Below are positions 38,128 to 47,920 of a stretch of 64,000 nucleotides of DNA, piece by piece. A program made the translations under genes and the position numbers. Positions within the stretch are counted from its first letter, which is position 1. Each line of letters opens with the position of its first letter. Origin of the DNA: Acidobacteriota bacterium (GTDB lineage: Bacteria; Acidobacteriota; UBA890; WLXD01); contig CBDFKD010000002.1 in the NCBI GenBank assembly GCA_965248695.1, forward strand, positions 1,376,001 to 1,440,000, written 5' to 3'. The notes beneath the pieces are model-generated. The model was not told the DNA's origin. It searched no databases and was given only the letters and a program-made list of their open reading frames with translations.

Positions 38128-38659
38128 GCGCGACTCCCAAGCCGTCGGCGATGCGGTTTACATATGCGTAGTACGAGATTACCTCGACGATGCCGAGAAT
38201 GTCCGGGTCGCCGAAGCTCGCCTTGCGCAAGGCGACCACGTCGTGGTGCTCCATCTGTGCCGGGTGCATGGTGAGCTTCTCGGCAGAGCGCAGCATGGCG
38301 AGCCGACGATCGTCGAGATTAGCGGCCTCGTAGTTCGCCTCGATACGGCCCCCGAGCTCGTCGTCACGCAGCAGCCGGCGCAGACCACGCCGGTGGTGGG
38401 TGATTCAGTAGCCGCAGCCGTTCAGCTTCGACACCAGCAACGCGATCATCTCGCGATCGACCGTGCGCAGCCCCGGTGAGCCGCGCATCACAGCCGTGTA
38501 AAGGTCGAAGTGGGCGCTCAGCCCCGCTGGATGCAGCGAGTGCACCCGCATGATGTTGTCGAGCTCGCCGGTCAACGGGTCGAGCACGCGATCGTACAGC
38601 TCGGCAAGCTCCGGCGAGGCGTCTTCGTTGCTGCGGGTTTCGATCCAGGCCGATTCCAT
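38117..38659 (-). CDS. AhpD/CMD-family peroxidase-related selenoprotein (CxxU), 180 aa
   Basis: Frame stays open past TGA 38405-38407: ...REMIALLVSKLNGCGY-U-ITHH...AEKLT..P...LRKASFGDPDILGIVEVISYYAYVNRIADGLGV. Confidence 0.85.
38375..38393 (-). promoter_or_regulatory. Bacterial SECIS element
   Basis: CCGGCGU-GGUCU-GCGCCGG hairpin beginning 11 nt 3' of the UGA. Confidence 0.75.
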
Positions 38660-38700
38660 GCGTCAGACTCCGGAAACGAGGATTTGGCAGAATGATACGC

Positions 38701-41700
38701 ATGTCTCGTCGCCGCCGCCGGTTGTTCATCGTCTGCGCGTTCGCGGCGGCAGCAGCGGTCAGCGGAATCGCTGCGCTGCACACGCCGTGGGCGCGAGCCC
38801 GCGTGCTGGCGGCCGCACTGTCCCGGATCGCCCCGGACGGCAGCGTCTCGGCTGAACGGCTCGACTACCGGCTGCCGACGTTGTGGTTCCGGTTGCAAGG
38901 GCTACAAGTTCGAACTTCGGGCCAGGAGCGCCCGTACTTCACCGCCGAGGAGCTCAGCATCGATCTGCCATGGAGCGCCGCCTGGCGCGGGCTGGCTTTC
39001 CAGCACATCGAGCTCAGACGGCCGCGCCTGGCGGTCTTCGTCGACGCCGACGGCCTCACCAACTTCGCCGGTGAAGCGACCCGCATCGACACGCCGATCC
39101 CCTTCGATCGATTGCAGGTTTCCGGCCTGCAGATCGAGTGGCGCGACGATACGGCTGGCTACGCGTTCGAGGCCGATGGTATCGACCTCGAGCTCGGCGA
39201 CCTGGCACGGGGCCGGCTGCAGATGCCCGCTCCCGCCCGCGTGCGCGTGGCCGACCGGCGGCTGGAGATTGCCCTCGCCGGTGGCGACCTCGATTGGGAC
39301 GGACGCGACCTCGGAATCGACGCGCTGCGGCTGGACAGCGCCGCGTCGGAACTGAACGTTGACGGTTCCATCAAACAGCTGCTGGCCGATCGAGAGCTCG
39401 GTCTCGACATCAGCGCCCGGACATCGCTGGGCATGCTGACCGACATTGCCGGCCTCGACGTCGCCGGGGAGTCGCTCTTGGTGACCGGCCGCCTGGAAGG
39501 TCCGGCGCAGACGCCGACGGCGAACCTGGAGCTGGAAATGGACTCGGCGATGTGGCGTGACATCGCGCTTCGGGGAATCCGCGGCCACATCAACGCCGAC
39601 CATGAGACGGTGCGGCTGAGCGCCCTGCGCGCCGGGCTCGCTGGCGGCGAGGTGATCGGCGAAGTCGAGGTAGGTCTTGAATCGGATGCCGCCAGCCGCC
39701 TCACGGCGGAATGGAAGGACATCGATGCCGGCACCCTTGTGGAGGGATACGGCGCCACGTCGATCGTTCCAGCCGCCCGGCTCGATGGCGAGTTGCGCGC
39801 ACAATGGCCCGGCCCGCGGCCCTCTCTGGCTGGGGTCCGCGCGGTGCTATCCACGGAGCTCACTCGCGTGCCGACAAGTTCGGACGGAATAGCGCTCGAC
39901 GGCCGCTTCGATGCCGAGCTTGCGGCCGGTGAGTGGTTTGCTCGCGGCCAGGTCGCTGTCGCGGCCGCTATGCGGATCAACACCGATCTGAGCGGCAACG
40001 CTACAGCTCGGACCGTCGGCGGAACCATGCGGCTCGACGTCAACGATCTGGGCGCCGCGGCGCGACCCTTCGCCGGCCTCGCGCCCGGCCTGGCCCAACT
40101 GGCCGTCACCGATGGGCGAGCAACGGCGCGCTTGACCCTCGGGGGAACGGTGACCGACCCGACGATCTCCGGCAACGCTCGCATCGAACAGCTCCGGGTG
40201 GCGGACGCCGGGCCAATGACACTCGAAACCGACCTAATAGCCAGCGCCGAATCGCTCCGGATCCACAACGCGACGGTCGAGTTCCCCGGCGGCAGTCTGG
40301 AGGCGGACCTGCAGATCGATGCGGCCGGCCGATTGCACGGTCGAGTCGAGGGTGGCGCGTCCGAGCTGAGCCTGGCTGTCGCCCAGCTGCCGATCGGAGA
40401 CCGGATAGCCGCGGCCGGCGGCGTCAGCGGCTCGGCAACCTGGGACCTGACCCTCGAAGGCACGCTGCCGTTGCCCGACATCACGGGTACCGTCAGCGCC
40501 GAAGGAATCCGAATCGGCAGTAGTGTCCCGATCGACGCCAGCGCCCGTCTCTCGTCCAGCGACTACGGCATCCGCGTCGACGAGTTGATCGCGACCTCCG
40601 GCGACAACCGGTTGACCCTCAGCGGAGTCATCGGCGCCGAAGGTCAGTCGGTGGATCTACTGGGCGAGCTCGATGTGCAGGCGCCCGAAGCTCTCACCGA
40701 CCGACCGGAGCTCGCATATCTCCGCTCGGCCCGGGCGGAGATCGCCATCGGTATCGACTTTCCAGCATCGATCGTGGTGGTCGATCTCTGGTCGCTGCAC
40801 GCCGACTTGCCACGCTTCCCGGTCCGCAGCTTGACGCCGGGTCGGCTGACCTGGAGTCCCGCCGAGGTGAGCGTCGAAGACTTCGCTCTGCGGGTCGGCG
40901 ACCTCGACCTGGCCGTTGGCGGGACGCTCGGCGGCACGGCGACGCAGGGAATCCACGGACGACTGCGCGGCGACCTCTCACGCCTCTCCGACCTGGCAAC
41001 GATGGCTTTGGTCATCGCAACTGACGTGCCCGACAGGCAGCCAGTGGTCCTGTCCGGAAACCTCGACGTCGATCTTCGCCTCGGCGGCACGCTGGCCGAG
41101 CCGCGACCCCGGGGCTCGCTCCGGGTTAGCGACGGCAACGTCGTTGTCGACGGAATGGGCGCTCTCGAGGCGCTGCAGCTGAACGCCGAGATGGACAGCG
41201 ACGGCCTCCGAATCGGCCAGCTACGGGGACGGTTCCGTGGCGGCGAGCTGGAGGGCGAGGCATCTTTGTCGGTGCAGGCGCTGGTGCCGGCGCTGTCTCT
41301 CGACAGCGCCTCTGCAGACATCGTGCTGGACTCCTTGTTTGTGCGCCGCGACGAGGTGACGGTGTCGCAGCAGCGGCCAACGCGCCTGCGCTTGGAAGCG
41401 GGAACCATGCGTATCGTTGACTGGTTCTGGTCAGGGTCGGCGCAAGACGACCTCAGCCTGGCGTTGGCGGGGTCGGTCGAGCTCCGGCACCCGCGGGTGC
41501 TCGACCTGCTGCTGACCTCGAATCTCGGGCTCGCGTGGCTGGGCTCGATGACCGGCGCCGCGGCGCTCGACGGAGCGGCCCACGCATCGGTAACGATCAC
41601 CGGGACCGCCGGAGACCCCATCGTCAACGGCAATATCGACCTCACCGACCTGGGTTTCGTGATCGCGGATCCGCAAGTCGTGGTGAGCGACGTCAACGGT

Positions 41701-44700
41701 ACGCTGGCGATCAGCGGCACGGAGCTCCGGGCCGAGGGGCTTCGAGGCATCGCCAACGGCGGCGAGGCAATGCTGTTTCTCGACCTCGATCTCGCCGACC
41801 CCTTGAACCCCTCGGGGCTGGCGGAGCTGACGGCGCGCTCGATCGTCGTCGAGGTGGGCGGAGGACGAGCGCTGGGAGACGCCGACGTCACCGTCAGCGC
41901 GTCGCAGCACGGCGGACGCCGTGCGTTCGGCGAGATTCGTCTTCTCGCCGGCGGTTATCGTACCGACGCATCGCTGGCGGCGGACCTGGTTCGGGCGTCA
42001 GCTGTGAGTCAGACACCTGCGGCTGACCGCCCATCGCTATTCGACGATCTGGCTTACGACCTGCGCGTGACCACGGTCGAGGACCTCCGCATCGCCACGC
42101 CCTACGCCGAGCTCGGCCTGGCCACCGATCTCCAGATTGTCGGGACGTTCGCGCGTCCCGGGGTCCTGGGCCGGATGACGGTGCGGGACGGTGGCGTCGT
42201 GCGCCTTGCCGGGCATGCGTACAGCGTCGATCGTGGGGTTATCGAGTTCGCCGAGACCAATCGCGTTGCGCCGACGCTCGACATTGCCGCGCGAGCCGAG
42301 ATCGGTGGCGAGCAGATCAGCGTGCTGTTGACCGGCAGCGCATTCGATCCCACCGTCGAGGCCAGTGCGGAGTCGGGCCTGGACTCGGGCGACGTGCTGT
42401 CGCTCATGGCTACCGGACGGACGGCCGCCGCCGCTGGCGACGCCGGACGGGAGGTGCTGGCTGAGCAGGCCTTCGATCTACTCACGGGCCAGTACCTCGC
42501 CGGCGCCGTTCAGCGGCTCGGCTTCGAGTCGGTGCGATTCGAGCGCGGGGGATCGGCCGCCGGAGACAGCGAGCTGTTTCCGCGTGATACCGATCTGGCC
42601 TCGCGCCTGACGCTCACGCGCAGCATCCGCAACACGTTCGACCTGGTGTTCTCGCAGAACCTCACCAACGCCGACGAGCGCAGTTGGATCGGAACCCTGC
42701 GCCTACCGTTCGGTCTGGCACTGCGAGGCGGTACGTTCGACGACGGCACGCGGTCGCTGGAGCTGCAGCACCGGCTGACCCTCGGATCGAGGACGCCGAC
42801 CGGCGACAGCGGTGGCCGCGCTCCTCCGGTACGGTCGGTGCGCTTCGAAGGCAGCCCGGGCTATGCCGAGGACGTTCTCCGGCAACAGATTCGGGTGCGC
42901 GCCGGCGATCGTTTCGACTTCCTCCGCTGGCAGGAGGACCGCGATCGGCTCTTGCGCCTCTATCACCGCGGTGGGTTTCTCGAAGCCGACATCCGTGCTC
43001 GGCGCTCGCCGCCAGCCGGCACCGACCCGGTGACGATCGACGGCGTCGACCTGACCTACGCAATCGACCGGGGCGCCGAAGCGATCCTGACCATCGAGGG
43101 TGACCTGCCGAGCAGCGTACGCAAGGAACTGCTCGAGGCGTGGGGCGACAGCGTGCTGACGGAGTTTCTTCTCGAGGACATGCGACAGATCGTGCAGGCG
43201 CATCTCGCCGGCCGCGGTCACGTGCGCCCGGCGGTGGCCGCCGAGCTCATTCAGGACGGTGCTCGCAAGGAGATCCTGCTGCGCTTCGATGCCGGTGCGC
43301 GCTACCGGCGTGCCGACTCCATCATCGTTGGCAACACGGGACTCGACACCGAGCTCATCCGGCGCCGGTTACGCACGCGGGGGCTGAACGCAGCGGACTG
43401 GGCGCATCAGAACGAGCTCGCCGACGCGGTACGAAACCTGTATATCGAACGCGGCTGGCTCGACGCCGAGGTCAGAGCTTCCGGGCCGCTGATCGACGGC
43501 GACGACGCCCGACTGCGCATAGAGATCGACGAGGGGCGCCGCTACCGGCTCGGCAGCATGCGCGTCAGCGGCAACGCGCTGATCGGCTCGGAGCTCTTGC
43601 TCGATGCGCTGGCGCTGCAACCCGGCGACGACTACGACCGCGACGCGCTCGCCGCCGGTGGTGACGCGGTCCTCGAGGTCTACCTGCAGCGAGGACACAA
43701 CGGCACCACGGTACGTGCTGCTGCCGACGGCCGAGCAGAAACCGCCGTGGTCGATATCGAGCTGGTCGTCGAAGAGGCACCGCAACAGATCCTGACGGAG
43801 CTCAGGATCGACGGGCTGCAGCACGTGCGTCGCTCGGTTGTCGAGCGCGCCATCAGCGCGGAGCTCGGCACGCCGCTGGTGCGGAGCGATCTGCAGTCGG
43901 CCAGGCAACGCCTGTACGCCACTGGCGTGTTCGAGCGCATCAAGTTGGACGTGGTGACCAGCGGTGTACTGAGCGACGGACGTCAACCGGTCGTCCTGCA
44001 GGTAGAAGTCACCGAAGCGCCACGTTTGCAGCTTCGCTACGGAGTTCAGCTATTTAGCGATCAGACCCTCGAGGACCAGCGCGAGACGCGCCCAGGTGTT
44101 GCTGCGACGCTGAGCCACAGCGGATTGCTCGGACTCCCGGCGGACCTAAGCGCCACCGCTCGCTACCGCGGCAAGGACCGGCTGATCCGAGGGGTGCTCG
44201 GCTTTCGGGGTCTGTTCGGAGCCCCGGTGCGCACGGCGCTGATCGGCGAGCGCTCGCGTAGCGAGGTCGAGGGTTTCTTCACCACGCGCTCTGACGACAC
44301 ACAGTTCACCCTGGAGCAGCGCGTCAACGTGTCGACGGCGCTCACGGTGGGCTACAGCTACAACGTCAAGCACACGCGGTCGACGTTGCTCGGTCAGCAG
44401 CTCCAGCTGGAGCCGGTGACCTCCGCGCGCCTGGTACCGACGATCATCTACGACAGCCGCGACGATCGCCTGGACCCCGGCAGCGGACTGTTCCACAGCG
44501 CCACCCTGGAATGGGCTCCGGCCAGTCTGGGATCGGAGCTGCTCTTCCGCACGCTGCATCTGAAACAGTACGCGTTCCTGAGCCTCGGTCGGCTTACATT
44601 CGCCAGCGCCATCCGCTTCGCCAGCGGCGTGAGCCTCGATCCGACGTCAACGCGCCTGCCCCGCAGCGAGCGTTTCGTTGCCGGCGGCGCCACTTCGCTG

Positions 44701-45030
44701 CGCGGCTACCCGGACGATGCCGTCGGTGGCAGCGACTTCTTCGGGAGCTTCGTGCCCGGTGGCAACGCGGTCCTGGTGCTCAACCAGGAGGCACGCTTCC
44801 CGATCTGGCGCTGGATCCGCGGCGTTGCTTTCGTTGACGCGGGCAGCGCCTTCGAATCAGCCTCCGACATACGCCTGGGACGTCTGAAGGCGTCGACCGG
44901 CCTCGGCCTGCGACTGGCGACGCCATACCTGATGTTGCGGCTCGACTACGGCCTGCGCCTCGGCAACTTGTCGCACCTACCCGACGCATCGCGCGGACGG
45001 TTCCATTTCGGTATCGGCCATATCTTCTGA
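38701..45030 (+). CDS. TamB/AsmA-like domain fused to POTRA domains and an Omp85 (TamA/BamA) barrel
   Basis: N-terminal TM, long beta-taco-like region, DUF490-like segment, POTRA repeats, RFVAGGATSLRGY, C-terminal FHFGIGHIF beta signal. Confidence 0.88.
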   Translation: MSRRRRRLFIVCAFAAAAAVSGIAALHTPWARARVLAAALSRIAPDGSVSAERLDYRLPTLWFRLQGLQVRTSGQERPYFTAEELSIDLPWSAAWRGLAFQHIELRRPRLAVFVDADGLTNFAGEATRIDTPIPFDRLQVSGLQIEWRDDTAGYAFEADGIDLELGDLARGRLQMPAPARVRVADRRLEIALAGGDLDWDGRDLGIDALRLDSAASELNVDGSIKQLLADRELGLDISARTSLGMLTDIAGLDVAGESLLVTGRLEGPAQTPTANLELEMDSAMWRDIALRGIRGHINADHETVRLSALRAGLAGGEVIGEVEVGLESDAASRLTAEWKDIDAGTLVEGYGATSIVPAARLDGELRAQWPGPRPSLAGVRAVLSTELTRVPTSSDGIALDGRFDAELAAGEWFARGQVAVAAAMRINTDLSGNATARTVGGTMRLDVNDLGAAARPFAGLAPGLAQLAVTDGRATARLTLGGTVTDPTISGNARIEQLRVADAGPMTLETDLIASAESLRIHNATVEFPGGSLEADLQIDAAGRLHGRVEGGASELSLAVAQLPIGDRIAAAGGVSGSATWDLTLEGTLPLPDITGTVSAEGIRIGSSVPIDASARLSSSDYGIRVDELIATSGDNRLTLSGVIGAEGQSVDLLGELDVQAPEALTDRPELAYLRSARAEIAIGIDFPASIVVVDLWSLHADLPRFPVRSLTPGRLTWSPAEVSVEDFALRVGDLDLAVGGTLGGTATQGIHGRLRGDLSRLSDLATMALVIATDVPDRQPVVLSGNLDVDLRLGGTLAEPRPRGSLRVSDGNVVVDGMGALEALQLNAEMDSDGLRIGQLRGRFRGGELEGEASLSVQALVPALSLDSASADIVLDSLFVRRDEVTVSQQRPTRLRLEAGTMRIVDWFWSGSAQDDLSLALAGSVELRHPRVLDLLLTSNLGLAWLGSMTGAAALDGAAHASVTITGTAGDPIVNGNIDLTDLGFVIADPQVVVSDVNGTLAISGTELRAEGLRGIANGGEAMLFLDLDLADPLNPSGLAELTARSIVVEVGGGRALGDADVTVSASQHGGRRAFGEIRLLAGGYRTDASLAADLVRASAVSQTPAADRPSLFDDLAYDLRVTTVEDLRIATPYAELGLATDLQIVGTFARPGVLGRMTVRDGGVVRLAGHAYSVDRGVIEFAETNRVAPTLDIAARAEIGGEQISVLLTGSAFDPTVEASAESGLDSGDVLSLMATGRTAAAAGDAGREVLAEQAFDLLTGQYLAGAVQRLGFESVRFERGGSAAGDSELFPRDTDLASRLTLTRSIRNTFDLVFSQNLTNADERSWIGTLRLPFGLALRGGTFDDGTRSLELQHRLTLGSRTPTGDSGGRAPPVRSVRFEGSPGYAEDVLRQQIRVRAGDRFDFLRWQEDRDRLLRLYHRGGFLEADIRARRSPPAGTDPVTIDGVDLTYAIDRGAEAILTIEGDLPSSVRKELLEAWGDSVLTEFLLEDMRQIVQAHLAGRGHVRPAVAAELIQDGARKEILLRFDAGARYRRADSIIVGNTGLDTELIRRRLRTRGLNAADWAHQNELADAVRNLYIERGWLDAEVRASGPLIDGDDARLRIEIDEGRRYRLGSMRVSGNALIGSELLLDALALQPGDDYDRDALAAGGDAVLEVYLQRGHNGTTVRAAADGRAETAVVDIELVVEEAPQQILTELRIDGLQHVRRSVVERAISAELGTPLVRSDLQSARQRLYATGVFERIKLDVVTSGVLSDGRQPVVLQVEVTEAPRLQLRYGVQLFSDQTLEDQRETRPGVAATLSHSGLLGLPADLSATARYRGKDRLIRGVLGFRGLFGAPVRTALIGERSRSEVEGFFTTRSDDTQFTLEQRVNVSTALTVGYSYNVKHTRSTLLGQQLQLEPVTSARLVPTIIYDSRDDRLDPGSGLFHSATLEWAPASLGSELLFRTLHLKQYAFLSLGRLTFASAIRFASGVSLDPTSTRLPRSERFVAGGATSLRGYPDDAVGGSDFFGSFVPGGNAVLVLNQEARFPIWRWIRGVAFVDAGSAFESASDIRLGRLKASTGLGLRLATPYLMLRLDYGLRLGNLSHLPDASRGRFHFGIGHIF

Positions 45031-45081
45031 GCCGCTCGCAGCCGGATCGGTCGCCGATTCAATGGCAACGTGCAGTGCGCC

Positions 45082-45771
45082 TCAACGCATCGCGGCGAGG
45101 ATCGCCATCACCTGTTGCCGCTCTGGGGCCTCCGGTGCGAGCTCCAGAAAACGCTCGAAATGGTTCGTCATCGACACGAGGTTGCCGGTCTTATTGTAAC
45201 TGAACCCGGCCCAGTAGTGGGCGTAGGCGAAACCGCCGTCGATCTGGAGCGTTCGTATGAAGGCGTCGCTCGCAGCGACGTAGTCATCGCGCGCCAGCAT
45301 CACGCGGCCATGCTGGAAATGCGCATACTTGTGCGCCAACTTGTCCCCGTTCGCCCGCTCCACCGCGCGTAGGGCGGCGATGGCGGCGCGATCGAGATCA
45401 CCAGCGACCAACGCTCCTGCCGACAGTCCCATCTGATGCCAGGGGTCGCTGTTGGCGAGCTGGTCGAGCTCCGCGTAGGTCTTGCCGGCACGACCTGACG
45501 CGTTCATGGCCTCCTGGCTCAGGCCCGCGACGAATAGCGCGTCGGCGTTGACGACGACCTCCGGTCCGCTCGCTTTGTCGACCGCGTCGACCACCGCCGA
45601 GAAAGCCCCACGCTCGAACAGAGGCAACACCTCGACCTCGACCGTCTGCTTCTCGGTCGCAGTGTTGTTCTTCTTCTTTTTCTTCTTTTTCTTCTGCGCC
45701 TCGGCGGTCATGGGAACAAGCAGCGCCAGCACCAGCACCGCGACCGTCGCTCGCCAAGCTTGGATTCTCAT
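45082..45771 (-). CDS. Exported TPR protein with a poly-Lys tract
   Basis: Signal peptide, K8, TPR-like YAHYWAG..Y...FERFLELAPEAPE. Confidence 0.8.
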   Translation of the reverse strand: MRIQAWRATVAVLVLALLVPMTAEAQKKKKKKKKNNTATEKQTVEVEVLPLFERGAFSAVVDAVDKASGPEVVVNADALFVAGLSQEAMNASGRAGKTYAELDQLANSDPWHQMGLSAGALVAGDLDRAAIAALRAVERANGDKLAHKYAHFQHGRVMLARDDYVAASDAFIRTLQIDGGFAYAHYWAGFSYNKTGNLVSMTNHFERFLELAPEAPERQQVMAILAAMR

Positions 45772-45909
45772 CTCGCTATCCACCGCCTCTACAGGGTCAG
45801 GAGCGCTCCCCCTACAATTCATTATAGGAACGGGCCGGGGTCCGACGCTCGTCCGGAGGCAAAAACCCCCTCGCGCGGGCCCACTGGGCAACGATCCGCA
45901 GGAGCATGG

Positions 45910-46104
45910 ATGATCACTGGACTGGAGCTGGGGCTCTGTTCCGATTGCGTTCACGCGCGTCGCGTGCACAACGATCGTGGTTCCGACTTCCTCCTGTGCG
46001 CCAAGGCAAGATCAGCACCGGAGTTGCCGCGCTACCCGCCGATTCCGGTTCGCGAGTGCACTGGACACCGGGCAATCCACGTCAAGCCTGTAGGAACAGA
46101 ATGA
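45910..46104 (+). CDS. Small Cys-rich hypothetical protein
   Basis: 64 aa: GLCSDC.HAR...RGS.F.LC...PRYPPIPVREC.G; GGAG RBS. Confidence 0.6.
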   Translation: MITGLELGLCSDCVHARRVHNDRGSDFLLCAKARSAPELPRYPPIPVRECTGHRAIHVKPVGTE

Positions 46105-47176
46105 CCGAGGTGTGCAAGCAGCCGGCGTGATCGAGCACCAGGTGGGGGAACCGGGAAACATCGATGGGCATCGTGGACGGGTTCTCGACGCAATAGCGCG
46201 GCAGGACGAATTCCGGCGCCTGGACCAGCTTCATGCCTGGTGCTGCCACCACGTGTTCGAGCAGCTCGTCGACGCTGAAAAACTCCGGATTGGGTGCATC
46301 GTTGAGGATCAACTCGGTGGCCACGATGACGAGCCCGTCCGCACGGCACACACGCGCCATCTCGCGCATCGACTGCGCCGCCGCCGCGTTGCCCCCGAAA
46401 TGCTCGATTGACGACAGTGAGAACACCACGTCGAATCGATCGTCCTCGAACTCGAGCTCGAGCGCATCCATCTTCATGAAGCGGAGATGGTCCTCGCGAT
46501 ACGCGAACGGCGCATACTTCGAGGGGTTGTCGATGACTTCGGGATCACCTTCGCGCGCCATGTGGTCGGCCCAGCCACCCTCGAAGAGGTCCGTGCCGAC
46601 AACCTCGCCGACGCGATTCGCCAGCCAGTACAGCAGCGCCTCGTGCCCGCTCGCCACGCCGAGACATCGCGTCGACTCGCGCAGTCGTCCGAGTACCTGC
46701 AACCCGTAGAGCGTCTGCACCCACTCGAAGCTCTTGCGGTGCATCAGCTGCGGTCGCGGGTCCAACCCGAGCTCCTCGAGTAGCGCCCGCCAAGCTGGCT
46801 CGAGCCACTTGCGTGGGTTGACGCACTCGTTCAGCTGCGCGCCGTCAAAGGGTTGCTCAGATACGTGGGGCTCGAACGGCACCGGCGATAGAACCTCGAT
46901 GAAATCCTCCAGCGCGTACCGGTAGGGGTAGTTGAATTTGTTCCCGTAGCGATACTCATCGGATCCCAGCAGCCCGTGCAGGAGCTCCGTGCGGTCCAGT
47001 CGGCCGAAGCGTAGCTCGTCAACGTAGAACTTCTTGCCGGGCCCGTCCGCCGGCCTCCCCAGGAGGACGCGATAAAGGACCTCGACGTAGTCGGCATCGT
47101 CGGCGAGGTCATACGTGCCCGTCAGCGGGACTTCCAGCTCTTGCTGTTCTTGCTCCACTGACCCCACCACCTTCAT
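46082..47176 (-). CDS. Class I SAM-dependent methyltransferase with an N-terminal DUF4214-like domain
   Basis: YVEVLYRVLLGRPAD..G; HRKSFEW; MDALELEFEDDRFDVVFSLSSIEHFG. Confidence 0.8.
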   Translation of the reverse strand: MKVVGSVEQEQQELEVPLTGTYDLADDADYVEVLYRVLLGRPADGPGKKFYVDELRFGRLDRTELLHGLLGSDEYRYGNKFNYPYRYALEDFIEVLSPVPFEPHVSEQPFDGAQLNECVNPRKWLEPAWRALLEELGLDPRPQLMHRKSFEWVQTLYGLQVLGRLRESTRCLGVASGHEALLYWLANRVGEVVGTDLFEGGWADHMAREGDPEVIDNPSKYAPFAYREDHLRFMKMDALELEFEDDRFDVVFSLSSIEHFGGNAAAAQSMREMARVCRADGLVIVATELILNDAPNPEFFSVDELLEHVVAAPGMKLVQAPEFVLPRYCVENPSTMPIDVSRFPHLVLDHAGCLHTSVILFLQA

Positions 47177-47242
47177 CCATCAGGCGAAGTGTGCCCCGGC
47201 GCCGACCTGGAAAGACGGCCTCCAGCAGCCTATAAGTGTGCC

Positions 47243-47908
47243 ATGCCCCCTCCCGATCTTGAACGCAAGCCGCGCTGGTCGCTGACAACCGGACGACCGC
47301 TGATCATCGGCATCGCCGGCGGCTCCGGGTCGGGAAAGACGACGATCGCCGACGCCATGGCGGAGGAGATCGGCAAGGATCAATGCGCCCTCATCCTGCA
47401 CGACTCCTACTATCGCGACCTGAGTCATTTGCCTCCAGAGCAGCGCGTCCAGCAGAACTACGACCATCCCGAGTCACTCGAGACAGAGCTACTGGTCGAG
47501 CACCTGCACGCACTCACGAATCGTGTCCCCATCGACAAGCCGCTGTACGACTTCACGACCCACACCCGCCGGGCCGAGATCGAGCCCATCACGCCACGAT
47601 CCGTGATCCTGGTCGAGGGAGTGCTGGTGCTGGCGGAGGCACAGCTGCGACAGCTGATGGACCTGAAGATCTTCGTCGATACCGACGCCGACGTCCGGCT
47701 CATGCGCCGCGTCGAGCGCGATATCCGCGAGCGCGGCAGGACGATCGAATCGGTATTCGAACAGTACCTCGCCACCGTGCGGCCGATGCATGTGGAGTTC
47801 GTCGAGCCCTCCAAAGCCTATGCGGATCTGGTGATTCCAGAGGGCTACAACATCGGCGCGGTGGGCACGGTCCTGGCGATGATCCGGGAGTTCCTGCGAC
47901 AAGGCTGA
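47243..47908 (+). CDS. udk: Uridine kinase
   Basis: IIGIAGGSGSGKTT, DSYYRD, NYDHP, RRVERDIRERGR, VRPMHVEFVEPSK. Confidence 0.95.
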   Translation: MPPPDLERKPRWSLTTGRPLIIGIAGGSGSGKTTIADAMAEEIGKDQCALILHDSYYRDLSHLPPEQRVQQNYDHPESLETELLVEHLHALTNRVPIDKPLYDFTTHTRRAEIEPITPRSVILVEGVLVLAEAQLRQLMDLKIFVDTDADVRLMRRVERDIRERGRTIESVFEQYLATVRPMHVEFVEPSKAYADLVIPEGYNIGAVGTVLAMIREFLRQG

Positions 47909-47920
47909 GGCACGGAGCGA

